Shown here piece after piece: positions 1 to 8,965 of a stretch of 64,000 bases of DNA. The stretch is from a virus. Within the stretch, counting starts at the first letter, position 1. Each line of letters starts with the position of its first letter. The notes beneath the pieces are model-generated. The model made no database searches and was not told the origin of the DNA. It worked only from the letters and a program-made list of their open reading frames with translations. The position numbers and the translations under genes are program-made. The stretch is from positions 102,312-166,311 of the IMG/VR virus record IMGVR_UViG_3300027969_000044; one strand, written 5' to 3'.

Positions 1-3000
1 GTCATAGATAATGTCATTAAAGTAACTAGCATTATTAAGAATAATGTTGTGCTCTTTTTGTACAATATTCAATTGGGCAAAATAAATGCCATCACGTGTG
101 TTAACTGTTTTAATAGTAAACACATTGTCAAGACGTTGCATACTAATTTGATTGCTTGGCATAATTGTGCCGTCAGCTTTTAATATACTATATTCATAAA
201 AACGATTTAATATATTGTCAACAACTCCGTTGTCACTCTTAAATTTAAGAGCATTAGCAAATGGACTGATTGTAATAACACTGTCAGTATCCCATCCTTG
301 ACTAGACCAATATAAGAATTCTTTTGAAGCATAATTCCAATCAAGAATCTGTGACAAATCTTCTTGATATTCGTCAAATACAAATCCTTGAACAGATAAC
401 CATTCAGCGTAGCCAACAATTACATCATACACTTCTTGTACTGTTTTAAAGACTGTACCATAAGGAACTAACGATGTAGCGGTTTCAAAACTTCTTGGCT
501 TAATAACACTTACTCCGCCGTCAACTGGTAGCTTAGATAACTGAACAAAATAATTAGAATTAAATGTAGATCCAGATGTGTGACTGGTCTTTACTCTATA
601 CCATCCATTATTATAATACACAACTTGTCCGGTTTGATAAAATCTTGCGCCAGTTGGGTTAATTGCTCCAACCTGAATAGGACGATCAATCTCTTGGCCG
701 CCGGATTGCCATTCTACATACGGCTCGCTCTTACCACCAACTGTAAGCGCAGAGTCAGTTGTTGTATATACTGGATTAAAAATTGTAAAATACGGATAAG
801 TCTTATCATATCCCTTAAGAATAAATCCATCGGTAGTACGTTGAACAATTAATCCCGAGATACTGGCAACTTGTACAGGATTTCCTTGATTTAAAAATAT
901 CTGATAGTCTTCTGAATTTAAACTAACACCAGGATTTGATGTACTAGGATTAACAGAGTCAATAATAATTTCTAGTTTATCTTTAGATAAAAATCCGCCT
1001 GCTTTATGTAATAGTTGTAAATTTAAAGACGAAAGTTCTTCTTTAAGTTGACTAATAAAACTTTTACGTTCTTGTTTTCCTACTTCTACAAGAATTGGAC
1101 TATAGCCCGCGGCAGTGACTTTTTCGTCGTTAACCACATCGCCGTAAATTGATAAATGCGTTGGATTTAAAAATGTTCCAGTATCTGTATAAACGTATTG
1201 TCCAGCAACAGATTTTTTCATTCGACTTACGTCAAACATTAAACTAAAATAATCTGCCGGTAATGTTGTTGCCAATAAGATCTGTACGGCAAACGGCCAT
1301 AGACTATTTCTTCTCCACGCAGACTCAACTGGGCCGCCGTCACCAAACACCCAACTATCAGTTGTACGAATTGGGTTAACACCTATTGCAACATTTGCGT
1401 TATCAGGAGTTAAAAGATTTCCAGCACTATCAACTGGAATCATTTCTAACAATCCAGGACGAGAGTACATAGAGTTATATGTTTCTCCTGCCGGATCAGC
1501 AATCTTACCTTCAGATAAATCTTGCCACAACAATAAGTTATCAGATGTGTACGGAGCAGGACCATATACTTCTTGCCACCACATTGGCTGAACAGGGAAC
1601 CCCAACATTTCCCACGGATGAGTATGTGGTCGATCAGTGTCAAAGAAATATCTGTAAATACCTCTCCAGTTTCCTGGAATGCGGCGATTAATTGTAAAAT
1701 TCTTAGCTGTAGAATAATTATATGTTTTTGAATTATCAACATCTATAGTTTCGTTTGTCTCATAATCAAAACCATAAAAGCCAGCCCACTTTAGAAATTC
1801 TTTTTCTAAAATTCCCATTACATCCGCATAACCGTAATTACTCTTCCTGAACACACCAGGTAGTACCGAGTTAATATCAATTAGATCTGGATTGTAATCT
1901 ACTTTGATGTTGTTGTAAACACGTTTTTCAAACTCTAAAAGAATATCGTCTCGGAAGTCTCCATACGCTAGAGTTATACTTCCGTCATGTCCTTCAATAA
2001 CCATTTGAGGGCCATTGGCATACGTGTCATCGAGATACATACGTGGTTCAAATTTTGGATACAATCCTAACTTAGTCGGAGTGAACGGAACAAAACATCC
2101 TACAGTACTGGCATAATCTTTAACAGTAATTGTATCACCTTTTGTTAAGACAATGTTTAAAATTACAATAGGAAGATAAGGATCAAATGTATAATCCTTT
2201 TTATATAAAAGTTGTGTTATTTCTCCGGTGCTTACGCTTGTATGATAAACTATCACTCCTCTAGAATTTAACTTGTCTAAAGAAAATTCACCGTTGGGCA
2301 ACGAGTATTCGTTATTTCTAATATTAGAAACAGTATAATTTCTAGTAATAACATTAGCACCATACGGAAGCATATCACTATCACTATAGGGATAATTTCC
2401 ATCGCGAGTTAAATTTACATTGTGTAAAACAACATCCAGCGCATCAGCAGGAGTATATGTTTGTGTAAGGCTAGAAGCATTTTTTAATAATGTTAATTTA
2501 AATTGATTATATTGCCCACTAACTTTTCTTATAGATCTAACAACATCGTGCTCAGGATCACAAACAAAATAACTGGCAAAACTTAAAGGGTTTTTATTTG
2601 TGATTAAACGTGTGCCATATTGATTAAAATCTGGAATGTCTCGGATATTATTATGGCCAAAGAAATCTCCAACAAAATTGGGATGACGATCAGCCGCAGA
2701 CTTTGCGTGGTCGCTTAACTCACTTAGAGTAAATTGACCGTTAGGACCGTTTAATGGGTTATTAGTATAGCCAATAGATGTTTCATAATATCCTGTGTCA
2801 GTAGGAGTTGCTCCAGAATAAATCTTAAAAGTTACATTGTCGTTAACTGATAAAGAATTATTAAATGTTACAAATAATCTATCACGAGACGGCAATACTC
2901 TATAGTCAGTTACATTAAAGGCTTTTTTATTATTAACAAATACTTCAATATTAGGAGAAATAAATCCCGGATTTCTAATAGCGGTAATTTCAACATTTTT

Positions 3001-5019
3001 AGTTGCTTCTTCAATTACCTGGTATTGGATAATTGGAATAACATACTCTTTTGCTTCGGTCCAAACTGTAAGATATTTTTGTTCTGTATCGTTAACTTTT
3101 AAAAATCCAGAGTTAGTATAAACTGTAGAATTAACCTCGTTTACTAAATTTGTAAATGAGTCAGTCATATAATAGTTGTTAAACAAGTAATATCCTTGAT
3201 CAGCAACGTTTCTATATTCTAAAGGAAATCCTAGAACAGGATCACTAGCCCCAGAACCTACACTATAACCAAACATCTTTGTTCCAACAAAGTCACTGTT
3301 ATAATATGTAGAATCAGAAAAACTTCTGCCTTCACTATCAAATACGTCAAACAGGGGCGCTTGGTTTAGTTTCGTTTTTTGTTGTGCTTTTACCCATGCT
3401 CCAACACCGTTAGTAATTGTATAATACCAACTTGTGCCAGCATTAGTTGCGCCATTAGTAACAACAACACTATCTTTTTCATATACTTGACTGTCTTCAA
3501 CTTCAGCAAAATGAAGTCTAAAAGTGCCATCGTTATCAATAAACTCTGCCTTGTATACCTTATCTCTAACCAACGGATCTGTGTCAGCGGCAAATATAAC
3601 ACGCTGACCTTGTTCAACTAAATGTTGATCAACATAATATCCTATTTGTCCTTCGGCTTCACTAAACGCATCTGTAGTAATTGTATCAATGTGATCAACG
3701 TTTAATTGCGATTGGCTTCCAAAATTGGACAATTGAATGTTTGGTTTAAATTCAATAATAGGTCGCTTTGCTCTGTATTGTTGTGGCAAGTTAACATCAG
3801 ACTTATTTGCTGTTGCTGTTGCAATTAATACATCTTGATGGAACCAACGATTATATCGTGACCACGGATTTTTATCCTTGCTTATTCTTGAAATAGTAAT
3901 GTATTCAGGAACAATAGGAATAGTTAAAAAGTTATCAAACGGATACTGATCAAACGGACTAGCATCGAAGTCGTCATCAAGATAATCTGTATATGCTTCC
4001 GGTGTTTGAAGTTCAGCAATATCAATTAATCGAATAGCGGCTCCTACTCCATCAACAATAAAATCTTTGCCGCTATATTTTTCCGGAATAACGTCACCAA
4101 CAAAATGAACTTTCATTCCGTTAGTCAATACCACACCAGCATTAGTAGTGTAATTTTGTTTTCCTAAAACTTCTTTTTCAACGTTAATAACAGTATCTTC
4201 TGTTAAGGTCTTGACAACAATTTCTCCGCCTGTTAGAATATTGTCTTCGCCTACATAATACAATTTTTTAGGAGTATCGTCGGTGATATCAAGTATAACT
4301 TGTCCAACAGAAACACCGTTGTTAGATACAGTATCGTTATAAGCATCATCTGTGCCTTCACTACGTTTTGTTTTAATCCAGAAATTATGTGTGCTATTAA
4401 CATTGAAAATGTACTTTACGCCCCTATACAATGTCAACAATGGATTTGGTGTAAGGCCGTCTGGAGTTAATACAAAGTAAGTTTTTGTCAACGGATCATC
4501 AGATACGCTGTATGTACTTGCTGTATTTTTAGCAACACCAACAACAGGAATAGTATCCGGGCCTTGCGGTACCCAATAATACTGATCAAAGTTTATAAAC
4601 TTATCCCAATCAATGTGTGGGTCATAGCTGTAAAATTTTGGGCGAAATAGTCTGTCTAAATTATTAACAGGCGATCCGTCAAATGCTAACTGATTAATTA
4701 AATCGTCATAGCTAAATGCTTTAGCAATTTTTTGATTTTTATCTTTAACAATTAATCCCGGCTCAAGTTGATATTTTTTTCTAAAAGGAAGAGCCTCAGG
4801 AATATAAAAATCTTTTGAAGGATTGTATGTTGGAGTAATTTTGCTACCAACCCAGCCGCTGATCTTTTCAATCTTAGCCGGTTGAATAAGTTGGTCTAAT
4901 GTACCTGCTAAAAATTTTGTATTTTTATCTGTTCTAAAAACACCAGGAAGTAAATCTACACTACGACGATTGCCACCTGGATTGTTAACGTCAACAACAT
5001 TAATAATACTGTTACCCAT
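1..5019 (-). CDS. Very large virion structural protein, probably baseplate wedge (gp7-like position); >1673 aa, 3' end lies beyond the window start
   Basis: Absent from the ORF track because it has no in-window stop. ATG at 5019 (MGNSIINVVDVNNPGGNRRSVDLLPGVFRTDKNTKFLAGTLDQLIQP...) starts 3 nt after the gp6 stop, and the same frame reads ...ASYFNDIIYD at position 1. It follows gp6 in the baseplate operon. Confidence 0.75.
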   Translation of the reverse strand, partial: MGNSIINVVDVNNPGGNRRSVDLLPGVFRTDKNTKFLAGTLDQLIQPAKIEKISGWVGSKITPTYNPSKDFYIPEALPFRKKYQLEPGLIVKDKNQKIAKAFSYDDLINQLAFDGSPVNNLDRLFRPKFYSYDPHIDWDKFINFDQYYWVPQGPDTIPVVGVAKNTASTYSVSDDPLTKTYFVLTPDGLTPNPLLTLYRGVKYIFNVNSTHNFWIKTKRSEGTDDAYNDTVSNNGVSVGQVILDITDDTPKKLYYVGEDNILTGGEIVVKTLTEDTVINVEKEVLGKQNYTTNAGVVLTNGMKVHFVGDVIPEKYSGKDFIVDGVGAAIRLIDIAELQTPEAYTDYLDDDFDASPFDQYPFDNFLTIPIVPEYITISRISKDKNPWSRYNRWFHQDVLIATATANKSDVNLPQQYRAKRPIIEFKPNIQLSNFGSQSQLNVDHIDTITTDAFSEAEGQIGYYVDQHLVEQGQRVIFAADTDPLVRDKVYKAEFIDNDGTFRLHFAEVEDSQVYEKDSVVVTNGATNAGTSWYYTITNGVGAWVKAQQKTKLNQAPLFDVFDSEGRSFSDSTYYNSDFVGTKMFGYSVGSGASDPVLGFPLEYRNVADQGYYLFNNYYMTDSFTNLVNEVNSTVYTNSGFLKVNDTEQKYLTVWTEAKEYVIPIIQYQVIEEATKNVEITAIRNPGFISPNIEVFVNNKKAFNVTDYRVLPSRDRLFVTFNNSLSVNDNVTFKIYSGATPTDTGYYETSIGYTNNPLNGPNGQFTLSELSDHAKSAADRHPNFVGDFFGHNNIRDIPDFNQYGTRLITNKNPLSFASYFVCDPEHDVVRSIRKVSGQYNQFKLTLLKNASSLTQTYTPADALDVVLHNVNLTRDGNYPYSDSDMLPYGANVITRNYTVSNIRNNEYSLPNGEFSLDKLNSRGVIVYHTSVSTGEITQLLYKKDYTFDPYLPIVILNIVLTKGDTITVKDYASTVGCFVPFTPTKLGLYPKFEPRMYLDDTYANGPQMVIEGHDGSITLAYGDFRDDILLEFEKRVYNNIKVDYNPDLIDINSVLPGVFRKSNYGYADVMGILEKEFLKWAGFYGFDYETNETIDVDNSKTYNYSTAKNFTINRRIPGNWRGIYRYFFDTDRPHTHPWEMLGFPVQPMWWQEVYGPAPYTSDNLLLWQDLSEGKIADPAGETYNSMYSRPGLLEMIPVDSAGNLLTPDNANVAIGVNPIRTTDSWVFGDGGPVESAWRRNSLWPFAVQILLATTLPADYFSLMFDVSRMKKSVAGQYVYTDTGTFLNPTHLSIYGDVVNDEKVTAAGYSPILVEVGKQERKSFISQLKEELSSLNLQLLHKAGGFLSKDKLEIIIDSVNPSTSNPGVSLNSEDYQIFLNQGNPVQVASISGLIVQRTTDGFILKGYDKTYPYFTIFNPVYTTTDSALTVGGKSEPYVEWQSGGQEIDRPIQVGAINPTGARFYQTGQVVYYNNGWYRVKTSHTSGSTFNSNYFVQLSKLPVDGGVSVIKPRSFETATSLVPYGTVFKTVQEVYDVIVGYAEWLSVQGFVFDEYQEDLSQILDWNYASKEFLYWSSQGWDTDSVITISPFANALKFKSDNGVVDNILNRFYEYSILKADGTIMPSNQISMQRLDNVFTIKTVNTRDGIYFAQLNIVQKEHNIILNNASYFNDIIYD

Positions 5020-5022
5020 TTA

Positions 5023-8000
5023 TTATACCCCTGAAGCAGTTGTTACGATTGGAGTTGAAAGTCCAAGTGCGCTTGATGTTATAGCATCAATAATTTCAAT
5101 GTTGTCAACCGTTGCGGCATTAACAAATAGTTCGTTTGATTGGCATGACACTTCTAACAAACTTCCAAAAGAAGAATTAGATTTTGGTACAATTACAAAG
5201 TTTGTGATGTCTGGTGTTAATGAGTTCATTACGTAAGTTGAAAGTTCGCTAAAATAGAAAGGCTGGCCAAAGTCCCAATTTTCAATAGCAAAGAAATTTT
5301 GTATTGCTGTAAAAATTCTAGACTTAAGATCGTTATCACTAACATTATAAGAGCTATTTCTAACTGCTTTAAAAGTTGCCTGTAATGATAACGGTGCGTT
5401 TGAACCAAATAAAGGTTTGTACTTAATAGGTTGGAAAATAATTGTGTCGCTAATAGCCTTAATCTGTTCAAGAGCAGGAGAATAGTTTTCTTCTAAACTA
5501 CTGCTAGTTGGAGGTGTTGGTTCTGTTCCAGCACCCGATACTAACCAATTTCTGTAGGAGGTGTCATATGTCTTAGTCAACATAAAAATGTCAATTAAGT
5601 TTGTCTTGCTAGGATCTAATCTACGATCGTCGCCGCTATTATGCTGATAATGGAATTTTAATCTATTGCGGCCTACAAATGCTAGATAGTTTGTTGCTAG
5701 TTCAAATGTATTTGTAACAGCAGACCATTTCTTAATAACATTAACGTCTGAATTATAAAAATAATATACAAGGCTAGAGTCAAATTCTGTCACAACATCT
5801 TCATTGGGATAAGCTACCACTGTGTCTTCAGCAGGGTCAACTGGCATGTATTTCAAACCGTCATCTGACAATTTAAAATAAACAAAGTGATCTTTATATC
5901 CAGTATCTGCCGAAATAGCATCAGGCGCAACAATAGCAGTAAAGCTATCGGGGTCGTCTAATTGGCCATCATTTTGAGCATCATAAAAACTAACTTTAAC
6001 TTTTCTAGGATCTTGATAGCCATCTGGCTCAACTACTAAATCGTCAATTTCCCAAGCCAAATCAACTCCTAACGCAGAGTTAGAAGTATTACTACTGTTA
6101 ATTCCCAACACGTTAATTTGATCTTTAATAACTTGTGAATTTACAAAGTCGTAATTTTTTTGACTCTTGTCAAAAAAGAACGAAGTTTCTTGTTCACTTT
6201 CAAACAGATATTCTGTTTTTCTATAATACACTTTGTAGCTCTTTCCTGTCCATTCAAACGCAATTAACCAACTAGAGTCTAGATTCTGCGATGATGTATC
6301 TGCCTGATATAACAATGAGAAAGGGCTGTACAAATCTACGTCTGTTTCAGAAATAATAAACCACTGCCTTGTTTCTCTATCAAAACTTAATCCAAAGTTT
6401 CTATAAGATACACATAGGTTAACAATTGCAGTTTCTAAACTGTATGACCAAACGTTAACAAGTTTTGGAATAATTTTAGTAGGGACTGCGCCAGTAGGAA
6501 TTGCGTTACTTAAAATAACTGGTCCAGTTCCGTCAATTAATTTTCCGTTGCCGCCGTTTGCGCCATCACCGATTACATTAACTACTTTGGCCCAAATATA
6601 TTTTGTAGCACCTGGGATATTAGCAGAATCTAATACAATCTTTCCGTTGTAAAAACTACGTGGATAAGTTTTTGTGGGATCAGCTAAGTCTTTCTTGTCG
6701 GAAGCAACAAATTTAACTAACGATCCAGCCGTTACATACTGTAAACTATTTCCACTGAAATATCCTGTTTGCTGAGCTTTTTTACTAATAGAATCTTGAA
6801 AATATCCAGTAGTTTGATTTGTACTCTTTGTTACTAGATTCCATTCTGTTCCCAATACTGTAGCATCGGGGCGTGGCCATTCTTGATAATAGAAATTTCT
6901 CAGTCCGCTTGATGCGACTACTGTAGCGAGGTCACCCTTTAATACGCCATAAATTTCATTGCGACTAGTAAAAGTAAATTCAATATTTTCTTGTGTATTA
7001 GTTTTGTACAAGATTCCATCAGTACCAAAAATATTTGTACTAGAATACTTGCCGCTAACATCACTTAACTCGTAATACTTACTAATACCACTTGAGGTTC
7101 TGTTGATACTTTTAACCTTAAGAATATCTGTACCAGCACTTAACGGACTAATATTGTAATCTTCAGCAGTAATCATGCGATTCTGCGTATAGTATGTTTG
7201 TGGTGCTTTTAGTTTAATGTCAGCACTTGACTCTGCTCCGCTACTATTGCTTACAGTATATTGTAAACTTAGCGTTAACGTTAATATATGAGTCTGACCA
7301 ATTTTATTTTGATAAGGAACACTAATTTGTATGCCGCGCATTTGGTCAGGTTTAATAACGTAGTTCAACCCGTTGCTCTGACGATAGAACAAACGGAACG
7401 CTCCTTTTGGAAGATTTCCAAAGTTGCCATCAGCAAAGTTCAAATCAATTTGATCACTTTCTCTAGAAATAACCGCATATATGTTTCTACTTGAAGAATC
7501 TAAACTATTGTAAATTACGTTGTTGCCAGTTAAGCTAGGAACTTTTTCCCATTTAGTTGAATGAGTTCCGTTAGCATCTAACTGCCATAACCAAACATCA
7601 TCATCGTTAATATCATTAACGTTAACAGCAACAATTTCATTTTCAGTTGGTGTTGAGATATCAAAAGAACTGGCCTTTAATGTACCCTGACGGAAGCTAA
7701 CAAAGAAGCCAGTATTTTGACTTCCGCTTCCTCTGCTGTCATTTTTAAATAACATGTTAAATTGACTTGCTGGGCGAGGTGTATCTTCATATACATAACT
7801 CTTACCCGAGAATGTGCTACTAACAATTTCAAAAGGCATGTTTGTTCCGTCGATTGCTTTGTTGTATGAAAAGACTGGAACATCGGGATTGTTGGAATTA
7901 ATAGTGTATTGTTCTGTATTAATACCGTCAATTACAGCACGGTCGTTTGGGCGGCCAAATGTAAAATTGCCGGGCATAGCAGAATTAAGAATAGAAACAA

Positions 8001-8463
8001 ACTGCTGATACCATTCACTGTTTGTGCTGTCATTCCATGTAATTGTAGTTTCTGATAGGTTAGTACCGTTGGTATCTAACACATTATCTGTTGTATTAAC
8101 CGCGGAAATCTTTAAAAATCCCTTGGCGGCAACGTTTCTTTTTGGATTATAATTGATTAGTTTAGCAAGACGTAGTATGCTTTCACGACGCTCTGCTGTT
8201 TCTAAAAAGTTTTCTCTAGCGTTAAGATCAACACGGAAAGATAAGTTTTGACCTAGGTACGCAATAAGGTCAATAAGAGCAATATACTCACTAGAATCAA
8301 TGTAATCGTTAAAGTCTTCTGGATAATTTGCACGTAGATAATTGATCATCGTACGGCGTAGTGTTTCAAAGTCATACGACTTGAAATCCGCGTTACGGAA
8401 GCTTTGGTACAGTTTCTTCCAGTCTTCGGCGACTAAAAGTTTTGTATTTGTTGATGGTATCAT
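5023..8463 (-). CDS. gp6: Baseplate wedge subunit, T4 gp6-like
   Basis: 1146 aa. N-terminal DFETLRRTMINYLR...FNDY..SSEYIALIDLIAY...ENFLETA and ESSADIK.KAP..Y.TQNRMITAEDY are gp6/baseplate-J motifs; adjacent to gp25. Confidence 0.85.
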   Translation of the reverse strand: MIPSTNTKLLVAEDWKKLYQSFRNADFKSYDFETLRRTMINYLRANYPEDFNDYIDSSEYIALIDLIAYLGQNLSFRVDLNARENFLETAERRESILRLAKLINYNPKRNVAAKGFLKISAVNTTDNVLDTNGTNLSETTITWNDSTNSEWYQQFVSILNSAMPGNFTFGRPNDRAVIDGINTEQYTINSNNPDVPVFSYNKAIDGTNMPFEIVSSTFSGKSYVYEDTPRPASQFNMLFKNDSRGSGSQNTGFFVSFRQGTLKASSFDISTPTENEIVAVNVNDINDDDVWLWQLDANGTHSTKWEKVPSLTGNNVIYNSLDSSSRNIYAVISRESDQIDLNFADGNFGNLPKGAFRLFYRQSNGLNYVIKPDQMRGIQISVPYQNKIGQTHILTLTLSLQYTVSNSSGAESSADIKLKAPQTYYTQNRMITAEDYNISPLSAGTDILKVKSINRTSSGISKYYELSDVSGKYSSTNIFGTDGILYKTNTQENIEFTFTSRNEIYGVLKGDLATVVASSGLRNFYYQEWPRPDATVLGTEWNLVTKSTNQTTGYFQDSISKKAQQTGYFSGNSLQYVTAGSLVKFVASDKKDLADPTKTYPRSFYNGKIVLDSANIPGATKYIWAKVVNVIGDGANGGNGKLIDGTGPVILSNAIPTGAVPTKIIPKLVNVWSYSLETAIVNLCVSYRNFGLSFDRETRQWFIISETDVDLYSPFSLLYQADTSSQNLDSSWLIAFEWTGKSYKVYYRKTEYLFESEQETSFFFDKSQKNYDFVNSQVIKDQINVLGINSSNTSNSALGVDLAWEIDDLVVEPDGYQDPRKVKVSFYDAQNDGQLDDPDSFTAIVAPDAISADTGYKDHFVYFKLSDDGLKYMPVDPAEDTVVAYPNEDVVTEFDSSLVYYFYNSDVNVIKKWSAVTNTFELATNYLAFVGRNRLKFHYQHNSGDDRRLDPSKTNLIDIFMLTKTYDTSYRNWLVSGAGTEPTPPTSSSLEENYSPALEQIKAISDTIIFQPIKYKPLFGSNAPLSLQATFKAVRNSSYNVSDNDLKSRIFTAIQNFFAIENWDFGQPFYFSELSTYVMNSLTPDITNFVIVPKSNSSFGSLLEVSCQSNELFVNAATVDNIEIIDAITSSALGLSTPIVTTASGV

Positions 8464-8487
8464 TTGCTATCTAACCCTTTGATAGCG

Positions 8488-8495
8488 TATTTATG
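8488..8495 (-). promoter_or_regulatory. T4-type late promoter (CATAAATA) for gp6
   Basis: TAAATA core 25 nt upstream of the gp6 ATG; the same hexamer recurs before most structural genes. Confidence 0.6.
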
Positions 8496-8515
8496 GCGCA
8501 GATAAACCAGGTATA

Positions 8516-8950
8516 TTATACAGACATGCCAACATTTTTGTCAAACGTTATCTGCATATTTTCGCTGATGTCAGTACCTTTGTACTTGAGAGTTAGTTCA
8601 ATTCTAAAGCCATAGTCGGCTTGTGTGATGTCTACTTGTACAGGTATTACACGGGGATCTGAGGCTAAAATACGATTTATATCTTCTGCTATTTGCTGTT
8701 TAATAGCCGGAGTTAACGGTTCAAATAATGTATCCCATATAGTTGTACCATACGTGGGATTCATCAATCTTTCACCTTTCCGTGTATTAAAATGATTCAG
8801 CAAATCTTGTTTAATTAATTCATAGTCAAATAACTTTACACTGGCTGTCTTGTCGTCAACAGTACTAAACCCCTTATAAAAGTGGCTTTGTTTTACGGTA
8901 CGTTGTTCTTTACCGTCTGCTGATGTTATTTGTGTTTTTTTATAGGCCAT
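8516..8950 (-). CDS. gp25: Baseplate wedge protein gp25 (GPW/gp25 family)
   Basis: IKQDLLNHFNTRKGERLMNPTYGTTIWDTLFEP...DPRV is the gp25 family signature. Confidence 0.9.
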   Translation of the reverse strand: MAYKKTQITSADGKEQRTVKQSHFYKGFSTVDDKTASVKLFDYELIKQDLLNHFNTRKGERLMNPTYGTTIWDTLFEPLTPAIKQQIAEDINRILASDPRVIPVQVDITQADYGFRIELTLKYKGTDISENMQITFDKNVGMSV

Positions 8951-8955
8951 GACAT

Positions 8956-8961
8956 TATTTA
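8956..8961 (-). promoter_or_regulatory. Late promoter TAAATA 5 nt upstream of the gp25 ATG
   Basis: Minus strand reads ggtTAAATAatgtcATGGCC, with no Shine-Dalgarno sequence. Confidence 0.6.
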
Positions 8962-8965
8962 ACCG

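Noticed and set aside
207-5236. Short ORFs listed in the track at 207-5236
   Set aside because: They are antisense or off-frame shadows of the large minus-strand gene (1-5019) and of gp6.
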